Part shown: one piece after another, positions 57,276 to 64,000 of the stretch
How positions within the stretch are numbered: the stretch's first letter is position 1
How the letters are laid out: every line of letters begins with the position of its first letter
Virus record (IMG/VR): IMGVR_UViG_3300003702_000965
Coordinates: 1-64,000 of that record
Reading direction: 5' to 3' (one strand)
DNA: 64,000 nucleotides
DNA from: a virus
Program-made: the position numbers and the translations under genes
The notes under the pieces: generated by a model
The model's database searches: none
The model's input: the letters and a program-made list of their open reading frames with translations, nothing else
What the model was told of the DNA's origin: nothing

Positions 57276-58180
57276 TCGACAAAGTTAGAGAAGTTTTAGA
57301 GGAAATAGGATACACTAACATAAAGGATCTTGGCATGGAGTTTAGGATGAGACCCATATATCGAGATTCCGATAATGATACCGTATTAAGAGTTAAAAAG
57401 GACACAGGATTTTTCGTTGACTTTAAAGAGTCGATATCAGGTTCGTTGGAGGACCTAGTCAAAATCACTTTAAATCTAAAAGACTTAAGCGAAGCTAAGG
57501 TTTGGATGAAAGACAAAACCAACTTCCAAGTAACTCGCGCCCAGACGAAGTCCAAGCTGAAGGAGCCTAGAACTTTCCCAGAAGACACTCTTGACGCAAT
57601 GGTCAAAGATCACTCTTATTGGATTTCTAGGGGCATAAGCGAAGACAATTTAAAACTATTCGGAGGAGGCGTAATCAAAACTGGTCGAATGAAAGACAGA
57701 TACGTTTTTCCAATTAGAAACTACAAATCACAAATAGTAGGATTAGCGGGGAGAGATTTAATAAACAATAAAGACAACAAATTAAGACCTAAATGGAAAC
57801 TCGTTGGAGATAAATCTACTTGGAGATATCCTTTCCAGTTTAACCACAGATATATCACGAAGTCTAAACGCGTAATAGTGGTGGAGAGCATAGGCGACAT
57901 GTTGGCACTATGGAGCTCTGGTGTAAAGATTACATTAGTTTCTTTTGGGTTGGATTTAAGTATACCATGCTTGAATGCTTTGCTTAAAATCGATCCTCGC
58001 AAAATATTCATTTGTTTTAATAACGATTCTTCTGGCGCTGGAGACGCAGCTTCGACTAAACTCAGAAAGAAGCTTTTAAAATATTTTGATCCAAACCAAG
58101 TAGAAATTAAGCTACCTTCTGGATATAATGACTTTGGGGAGATGTCAATAGACGAAATAAAAACATTCTTTGAATCATGA
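57272..58180 (+). CDS. DNA primase (TOPRIM)
   Basis: RYVFPI...GLAGR, PKWK, VVESIGD, FNND, NDFGE. Confidence 0.85.
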   Translation: MIDKVREVLEEIGYTNIKDLGMEFRMRPIYRDSDNDTVLRVKKDTGFFVDFKESISGSLEDLVKITLNLKDLSEAKVWMKDKTNFQVTRAQTKSKLKEPRTFPEDTLDAMVKDHSYWISRGISEDNLKLFGGGVIKTGRMKDRYVFPIRNYKSQIVGLAGRDLINNKDNKLRPKWKLVGDKSTWRYPFQFNHRYITKSKRVIVVESIGDMLALWSSGVKITLVSFGLDLSIPCLNALLKIDPRKIFICFNNDSSGAGDAASTKLRKKLLKYFDPNQVEIKLPSGYNDFGEMSIDEIKTFFES

Positions 58181-58782
58181 GTCTCTCTTTCGGGATAGAA
58201 CAACAAGAGAAAGAAAAAGAGTTACTAACCTACTATTGGTTTGAAAACGGTTTTTCGCCGAGTCAATGCAAACAAATTATCGAGCTAGGAAGACGGTATC
58301 CCCGACTCGATGCCCAAGTTTTCGCGGATGATGGCGGGAAAAAAGGTGCTAGCTCCTCCGACACTAGAAATAGCACCGTAAGGTGGATAGATATATATGA
58401 CCCCAGTGCGGAATGGATAATACGTGAATTGGGTCGAATGGCTATAGAAGCTAACGAGGCGTTGTTCAAATTAGATTTGTATGGTTTTACTGAAAATTTG
58501 CAGTTCACAGAATACGAAGGAAAAGGAACGCATTATAATTGGCATCCCGATATTGGTCCCAAACAAAATAAAAGAAAGTTAAGTATAGTTATTCAGCTGA
58601 GCGACGAAAAAGATTACGATGGAGGGGAACTGATTATAAACACAGGAAACTTAGTGACCCCGAACAAAAGACAAGGGAACGTGATATTTTTTCCATCTTT
58701 TCTACTTCATAAAGTAGAGCCTTTGAAGTCTGGGAATAGATACTCTTTAGTTTGTTGGATTAGTGGTAACGCTTGGAGATGA
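58177..58782 (+). CDS. 2OG-Fe(II) oxygenase (PKHD/P4H-like)
   Basis: QFTEY...WHPD, RKLS, DYDGGEL, FPSFLLHKVEP, RYSLVCW. Confidence 0.9.
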   Translation: MSLSFGIEQQEKEKELLTYYWFENGFSPSQCKQIIELGRRYPRLDAQVFADDGGKKGASSSDTRNSTVRWIDIYDPSAEWIIRELGRMAIEANEALFKLDLYGFTENLQFTEYEGKGTHYNWHPDIGPKQNKRKLSIVIQLSDEKDYDGGELIINTGNLVTPNKRQGNVIFFPSFLLHKVEPLKSGNRYSLVCWISGNAWR

Positions 58783-59795
58783 ATAAGAAAGAAAGAATTT
58801 TATCGGCGTCGAGAATTAAGACCTTGGAGACTTGCACTTGGTCTTATTGGTGCAACTATCACCTCAAGCTTCCCCAAAGACAGAATGAGGGAGCGTTAAG
58901 GGGCACAATATGTCATTTAGTGTTCGAACTTCTTTTGAAGCCCAGACATAAGCGTCATTATGATGATATAGTATTAGGGGGAAGCATAACCTGTTCTCCT
59001 GCGGTTGCTGGGTTAGTTTTGAAAAATCTTAAGCGCGATAGAATCAAACACGACTTGCCTATGGATAGCGATCAAAACTTTTCTTTGATGGATAAAATGA
59101 TTTTAGTTGGTTTATCGCACGACTACACCTGCAAAGGAGGTACGATAGATAAGCCGGAATATGAGTTTTTACTAGAGAGCGACTCTCCCAAATATAAGAT
59201 AAGAGGCTTCATTGATAAGCCTGCCGTTTACGACAAAAATAAGGTTGTAAAAATTATAGATTACAAGAGCAGTAAAAACAGATTTCCCCAGAAAGAGCTA
59301 CCCTCCAATATTCAAGCCATGGCGTATTCCTTAGCGGCTAAAAAAGAATGGCCAGATTATACCCCTGTCGTTGAATTTTTGTTTTTGAGACATCCTAGAA
59401 AGCCCACCCAAACAATAGAGATTTCCGACGAACAACTAGAAGGCTTCGAGTATTATTTAGAGCACTGCTATTCTATAATTAACAACTATTCTGAAGAGAC
59501 GGCCACTTCAAGGTACGCGGCCGATTACGACGAAGATAAATGGATGTGTAAAATAGGTTCTTGGAAGTGTCCTTACCTCGAGCCTTTTGATTATTTTTGT
59601 TTATTAGACGAGCAAGGAGAGGTCTTGGAGAAAAGCCTGAAGGATGATTTTAAAGCCGAAGTTGGACAGACGGTAGTTAAAGAGAAATACAACGGTTGCC
59701 CCAGACACTTTATCCAAAGGCAAAGTAGAGTGGATCCTTTTTCTGGCATATCGGAACCGAACGCTATAGGCTCCAATGATCCATTCGACTTCTAA
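58779..59795 (+). CDS. PD-(D/E)XK Cas4/RecB-like exonuclease
   Basis: LSASRIKTLETC, GTICH, RGFIDK, IIDYKS, QAMAY, C-terminal cysteines. Confidence 0.85.
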   Translation: MNKKERILSASRIKTLETCTWSYWCNYHLKLPQRQNEGALRGTICHLVFELLLKPRHKRHYDDIVLGGSITCSPAVAGLVLKNLKRDRIKHDLPMDSDQNFSLMDKMILVGLSHDYTCKGGTIDKPEYEFLLESDSPKYKIRGFIDKPAVYDKNKVVKIIDYKSSKNRFPQKELPSNIQAMAYSLAAKKEWPDYTPVVEFLFLRHPRKPTQTIEISDEQLEGFEYYLEHCYSIINNYSEETATSRYAADYDEDKWMCKIGSWKCPYLEPFDYFCLLDEQGEVLEKSLKDDFKAEVGQTVVKEKYNGCPRHFIQRQSRVDPFSGISEPNAIGSNDPFDF

Positions 59796-60516
59796 AACAT
59801 TTATAGAAATAGGGTCTAATTGTTTTGACACCTTAAACTTCTTGGGAGGTGAAGGTTGGAGTGGGGTAATCATTGAGCCTGTTGAATACTATTTAAATAA
59901 AATTTCTCCCAAATATGAAAACATAGTTTATGAAAACTTTGCGGTATCTGACATTAACGAAAAAAAAGATTTTGTTTACTTCGATCCGGAAAAGCTAGAC
60001 TCAATAGAAGACTATAGGGAGAGCTTCGCTTCTTTCGATCGCTCTGATTTAGGAAAGTGGGTTAGCGGCGCAGGTTCTTTGGATGAATCTGGCATCTCTA
60101 CTGCCTTTGATAATTTTCCCGAAGAATTCATGATAAAGAAAAAGGTGGATTGTTTTACTTTAGATTACGTTATTGAAAAACATAAATTGGATAGGGTAGA
60201 CGCCCTTAAAATAGACGCCGAAGGACAAGAGTGGAGGATACTACGCTTATTTAGCTTTAGGGTCAGACCGTTTTGGATCAAATTCGAAACGGACCATTTT
60301 AAGAAATCCGAAAAGGGCAGGCGCAATTTGCGATATATTTATAGTAAGCTCATGTCCTTGGGTTACTCAATCAGAAAGCTTAAACATGATTGCATTTGCA
60401 TCCATTCTTCCACATACATTTCCAGCCCGACCCTCTCAACAGACGACGCCATTAAGCGTTACAAGAAAGATTTTCAGCATCTAAAAACTCTTGACGAGCT
60501 GGAAAGCGTCGTTTAG
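59776..60516 (+). CDS. FkbM-family methyltransferase
   Basis: FIEIGSN, IIEP, LKIDAEGQE, IKFE. Confidence 0.85.
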   Translation: MIHSTSKTFIEIGSNCFDTLNFLGGEGWSGVIIEPVEYYLNKISPKYENIVYENFAVSDINEKKDFVYFDPEKLDSIEDYRESFASFDRSDLGKWVSGAGSLDESGISTAFDNFPEEFMIKKKVDCFTLDYVIEKHKLDRVDALKIDAEGQEWRILRLFSFRVRPFWIKFETDHFKKSEKGRRNLRYIYSKLMSLGYSIRKLKHDCICIHSSTYISSPTLSTDDAIKRYKKDFQHLKTLDELESVV

Positions 60517-60519
60517 ACT
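60491..60519 (+). promoter_or_regulatory. Sigma70-type promoter with GAAAGCGT spacer box, inside the FkbM 3' end
   Basis: TTGACG-agctgGAAAGCGTcgtt(17)-TAGACT, 7-10 nt before GTG 60527/ATG 60530. Confidence 0.7.
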
Positions 60520-60529
60520 AGCTTCGGTG

Positions 60530-61282
60530 ATGATTCCTCTTTTTAAGAGCCACTATTCCATAGGTAGAAGCATCCTGAGCCTTTCTCCCGAAGGTTCTTC
60601 TGGAGATTCTATTATTTCCATATGCAAGGAGGCGGAGATAGAGGACTTGTTCCTTGTGGAGGATTCTATGAGCGGGTTTTTAGAGGCTTATGTGAATAGT
60701 TTGGAAGCCAAGATCAAGTTGATATTTGGGCTAAGAATTACATTATGTTCTGACGCAAAACAAAAAAATGAAGAATCTAGGTTGGGGAGCAGCAAAGTAG
60801 TAGTTTTCTGTAAAAACGCCAAAGGGTACAAGAGGCTTGTCAAAATATATGGGATAGCAGCTAAGGATGGCTTTTATTATGAGCCTAGAGTTGACTTAAA
60901 TTTATTGAAGGAGTTTTGGAAAGATTCCGAGTTGATGTTGTGTGTTCCGTTCTATGATTCTTTCTTATATAGCAATTTTTTAAATGGGGGCAACTTTGTT
61001 CCAGACTTCAGCTTCTGTGAGCCTGTGTTTTTTATTGAGGACAACGAGCTCCCGTTTGACGGCATACTTGCAGACAAAGTAAAGGATTATTGCGGAAGCT
61101 CATTAGAGATGAAGAGGTCAAAGAGTATTTTTTATAAGGACAGAAAGGATTTTATAAGTTATCTTACTTTTAAATGTATCAACAAAAGGAAGACTCTCAA
61201 CAAGCCCAATTTAGATCACATGTGCTCTGAAGAGTTCTGCTTAGAAAGCTGGCAAGATGGACGAACACTTACTAAGGTATAA
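60530..61282 (+). CDS. Stand-alone PHP domain of DNA polymerase III alpha
   Basis: KSHYSIGRSIL, VEDSMSGF, KLIFG, VFCKNAKGYKRLVKI, FYYEPRVD. Confidence 0.8.
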   Translation: MIPLFKSHYSIGRSILSLSPEGSSGDSIISICKEAEIEDLFLVEDSMSGFLEAYVNSLEAKIKLIFGLRITLCSDAKQKNEESRLGSSKVVVFCKNAKGYKRLVKIYGIAAKDGFYYEPRVDLNLLKEFWKDSELMLCVPFYDSFLYSNFLNGGNFVPDFSFCEPVFFIEDNELPFDGILADKVKDYCGSSLEMKRSKSIFYKDRKDFISYLTFKCINKRKTLNKPNLDHMCSEEFCLESWQDGRTLTKV

Positions 61283-61901
61283 TAAGAATAAAGAATTAGT
61301 GTTTATAGATTGCGAGACTCTAAATCTCTGCTTGAATGAATGCTATAATCTTCCTTGGCAGATAGCCATGCTAAAAGTCAAGGGCTCGAAAATAGTCGAC
61401 TCCAAAGACCTGTACATCAAGTGGGATACAGATTTAAAAATTTCTAAAGAAGCGGCCGACATAACTGGATTCAATCCTAAAAAAGTCGAGGACATAGGAA
61501 TATCTCCCAAGTCTGCCTTTGAGCAAATTCGGGATTGGCTTGATGAAAGCGACAGGATAGTGGGACACAATATTCTTGGGTTCGATATATATCTTTTAAG
61601 GATTTTGTATAAGAAATTTGGAGAAATTGAAGGCTACAAAAAATTAGTCTACAAAATAATAGACACAAACTGCATAGCCAAGGGCATAAAATTTGGCACA
61701 CCGTATTCCCCCAAGGAAGACTTTTTACCGTACCAATACAGGATGTATCATACAATCAAAAGAGGGGTTAGGACGAATCTCACCGCTCTTGGTAGAGAGA
61801 ACAAGGTGGAACATGATTACGACAACCTTCATGACGCCTTGGTGGATCTTGAGTTAAATTTGAAAGTTTGGGATATATTAAAATGGCAAGTGGAAATATA
61901 A
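61257..61901 (+). CDS. DEDDh 3'-5' exonuclease (DnaQ/epsilon-like)
   Basis: FIDCET, GHNILGFD, IDT, HDALVD. Confidence 0.88.
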   Translation: MDEHLLRYNKNKELVFIDCETLNLCLNECYNLPWQIAMLKVKGSKIVDSKDLYIKWDTDLKISKEAADITGFNPKKVEDIGISPKSAFEQIRDWLDESDRIVGHNILGFDIYLLRILYKKFGEIEGYKKLVYKIIDTNCIAKGIKFGTPYSPKEDFLPYQYRMYHTIKRGVRTNLTALGRENKVEHDYDNLHDALVDLELNLKVWDILKWQVEI

Positions 61902-62572
61902 TAACAAGTTTCGATCAGTTTGATTTCGAGGTCCTTAAAAGCTTTGATAAGATTATCGTCTCTGGCCCTCAAAGATCAGGAACAAATTTAGCTTGTCAGT
62001 ATCTTGACAGTGTTTTAGGTTACAATTATATAGATGAGCTGGAATTTAACTTTTTTTTAGAGACTCATTTTTTAGAAAAAATCAAAGAACACAAGAAACT
62101 GATAATGCAGGCTCCGACAATGAGCCATATACTGCACTTGATAGAAGAGCCCAAAACTTGTGTCTTTTTTCTTTTTAGAAACCCCTCTGAAATAATTAGG
62201 TCTCAAAATAGAGTTAGATGGGCAGCTGAAAAACATGAGCGGAAAAATTACACTAGTAAGGAATATGAGTTCTTACCTATCTCAATTGCTAAATATTCAG
62301 AATGGTGTTTTCATCAAAGAAAACTAATGAAGGTCCCTTTCTTTGAATTAGACTTCGAAGCTCTTCGTAGCTCTCCCATTTGGTCTTCGGATTTTGGGTC
62401 TAGTAGTGATTACCAACCAGATACCTCTTGGAAACCAGCCAGCGCTAAAGATGATGGTGGCAGATGGGCTTTTGTGGACACAGGGAAAGGGAAGAACAGA
62501 TCACTTAAAGTAGTAGAGTATTGGTTTGAGACAGATGAGGCTATTGAAAAATGCAGGATACCAAGAAAATAA
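61883..62572 (+). CDS. Sulfotransferase-like P-loop protein
   Basis: IIVSGPQRSGTN (5'-PSB-like) and FLFRNPSEIIRS (3'-PB-like); ATG 61883. Confidence 0.65.
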   Translation: MASGNIITSFDQFDFEVLKSFDKIIVSGPQRSGTNLACQYLDSVLGYNYIDELEFNFFLETHFLEKIKEHKKLIMQAPTMSHILHLIEEPKTCVFFLFRNPSEIIRSQNRVRWAAEKHERKNYTSKEYEFLPISIAKYSEWCFHQRKLMKVPFFELDFEALRSSPIWSSDFGSSSDYQPDTSWKPASAKDDGGRWAFVDTGKGKNRSLKVVEYWFETDEAIEKCRIPRK

Positions 62573-64000
62573 AAAGTTTCTCTAAGAGCTTTTCCAAGCT
62601 GTCCCTTGATACGAATGGGGTAAGACTGCCTGATTTCGAGATAGAATCCAAGTCGCGAAAAGCCTATGGAGTTAGCGAAGATAAGAGTAACCATTATTTC
62701 CTTAGGTCTTTGTCTTACGCTGGCTACGAGGACAAACTGAAACTTCATAAAATAGATCCCAAGGATGCAGAAAAATACGTGGAGAGAGCCAAGTACGAAC
62801 TAGACACTATATTAGATTTGGGGTTTGTGGATTATATTTTACTTGTCTGGGACGTGATCAACTTTTGCAAGAGGAATGACGTCCCCATAGGGTTAGGCAG
62901 AGGATCTGCCGCTGGCAGTTTGATTCTTTATTTGATTGGAGTTACTGGTATAGATCCAATAAAACATGAATTATTTTTTGAGAGATTTATATCTAAAACC
63001 AGAGCAAAGAAAAAAGTTGTTAATGGGGTGACGTATCTTGATGGTTCGTTAATGTGTGATGTAGATTTGGACATATGTTATTACAAAAGACAAGCTGTGT
63101 TGGATTTTTTAGAAAATAAATTTAAAAATAGAACAGCTAAGATATTGACCCTCAACACTTTAAGCGGAAAGCTTCTAATAAAAGAGTGCGGCAAAGTGGT
63201 ATACGAGAAGTCTGAAACAGAAATGAATACTGTAAGCAGCATGATACCCAAAGTTTTCGGCAAGGTACACGACATAGAAGACGCCTATAAAGAAGTCCAA
63301 GATTTTAGAGAATGGTGCGATGCTAATCCCAAAGCTTATGAAATAGCATTAAAGTTGAGGGGCTTAATTAAAAATAAAGGTGTCCATCCTTCTGGCGTTT
63401 TACTCTCTTATGGCTTGCTCGAGGATTCTTGTCCGACAGAATTATCATCTGACAAAGCTACGGTTTCGTCTTTTGATATGAACTGGGCCTCTCTGTCTAA
63501 TGTGAAATTAGATATCCTTGGACTTAGAAGTGTTTCTGTTGTCGATCAGACCTGCAAGGAGGTCGGCATAAAGCTTGCGGAGATCGATATTGAGCAACCA
63601 GAAATATACCAGAATTTACAGGATCTTAGATGTCCACATGGATTGTTCCAAATTGAAGCTGAAACTAATTATAAAGTTTGCCAAAAAGTTAAGCCGAAAG
63701 ACTTACAAGAGCTTAGCGCCGTATTGGCTCTCGCTAGGCCCGGAGCTTTAGCTTATGTTGACCAGTACGCTAATTATACTAATACAGGGGTTTACGATGT
63801 TATCCATCCTTTTTTCGATGACATTTTGTCATCAACAGGTGGCGTCTGTCTATACCAAGAGCAGATGATGAAAATGGCCAACAAGGTAGGGTTCACATTA
63901 GACGAAGCCGAGATTTTGAGGCGGATCGTCGGGAAGAAGAAAACTAAAGAAGTTAGGCAATGGAAGAAGAAGATTAGAGAAAAGATTAAGGAGAATAGGC
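62551..64000 (+). CDS. dnaE: DNA polymerase III alpha catalytic core, no PHP domain (3'-truncated; absent from ORF track)
   Basis: Hand translation from ATG 62551: GVRLPDF, GFVDYIL, GLGRGSAAGSL, FERF, MCDVDLD, GVHPSG, KLDILGL, GLFQIE, LARPG, YQEQ. Confidence 0.92.
   Translation, partial: MQDTKKIKSFSKSFSKLSLDTNGVRLPDFEIESKSRKAYGVSEDKSNHYFLRSLSYAGYEDKLKLHKIDPKDAEKYVERAKYELDTILDLGFVDYILLVWDVINFCKRNDVPIGLGRGSAAGSLILYLIGVTGIDPIKHELFFERFISKTRAKKKVVNGVTYLDGSLMCDVDLDICYYKRQAVLDFLENKFKNRTAKILTLNTLSGKLLIKECGKVVYEKSETEMNTVSSMIPKVFGKVHDIEDAYKEVQDFREWCDANPKAYEIALKLRGLIKNKGVHPSGVLLSYGLLEDSCPTELSSDKATVSSFDMNWASLSNVKLDILGLRSVSVVDQTCKEVGIKLAEIDIEQPEIYQNLQDLRCPHGLFQIEAETNYKVCQKVKPKDLQELSAVLALARPGALAYVDQYANYTNTGVYDVIHPFFDDILSSTGGVCLYQEQMMKMANKVGFTLDEAEILRRIVGKKKTKEVRQWKKKIREKIKENR

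Noticed and set aside
58177-58782. Collagen prolyl 4-hydroxylase acting on the tail fibre
   Set aside because: The visible collagen has no Y-position Pro, and this oxygenase type is common in aquatic phages; substrate unknown.
58779-59795. Cas4 as part of a CRISPR-Cas system
   Set aside because: No cas1/cas2 or array in the window; solo Cas4/RecB-like nucleases are common in phage replication modules.
41074-60529. Track starts at 41115, 53060 and 60491
   Set aside because: These TTG codons are, or lie upstream of, promoter -35 boxes; downstream GTG/ATG starts fit better.
8631-63275. Numerous 60-270 aa antisense ORFs within long genes (e.g. 11991-12800, 10017-10580, 34755-35255)
   Set aside because: Fully nested opposite well-supported genes, with the Ser/Leu/Phe-rich composition typical of shadow frames.
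35441-64000. Inteins or introns in nrdJ, recA, dnaB or dnaE
   Set aside because: Lengths are ordinary, motifs are contiguous, and no intein termini or homing-endonuclease motifs were seen.
1-64000. Stop-codon reassignment
   Set aside because: Genes tile densely under the standard code, and TAA, TAG and TGA all end genes at coupled junctions.

Overview
A 64-kb internal segment of a large tailed dsDNA bacteriophage with a long tape measure and tail tube. No capsid, portal, terminase, tRNA, CRISPR array or mobile element is visible. Layout: (1) 1-34300 (+) is a virion module: a left-truncated collagen-like tail fibre with an S74 chaperone, neck/tail-completion genes, tail tube, chaperones, a 2330-aa tape measure, large tail-tip proteins and phoH. 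(2) 34301-41073 (-) holds small genes, a secreted helical protein, class II RNR (nrdJ), a double 2OG-Fe(II) dioxygenase whose C-terminal half resembles collagen lysyl hydroxylase (PLOD), and dCMP deaminase. (3) Back-to-back sigma70 promoters at 41087-41159 are followed by a ~430-nt structured non-coding stretch and a phage sigma factor. (4) 42538-53079 is a 10.5-kb glycosylation locus. (5) 53111-64000 is a replication module (RecA-like, dUTPase, DnaB, primase, Cas4/RecB-like nuclease, and a DnaE polymerase split into PHP, exonuclease and core genes), interleaved with an oxygenase, an FkbM methyltransferase and a sulfotransferase-like gene. Best candidates for something new: a putative collagen lysine hydroxylation/glycosylation pathway (collagen lysines sit in X-Lys-Gly context); the structured RNA before the sigma gene; a tape measure segmented by repeated (V/I)P(N/S)F motifs around a possible nuclease-fold cargo; and two promoter classes, one with a fixed GAAAGCGT-like spacer box. 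All functional calls come from motif recognition by eye; no searches were run.
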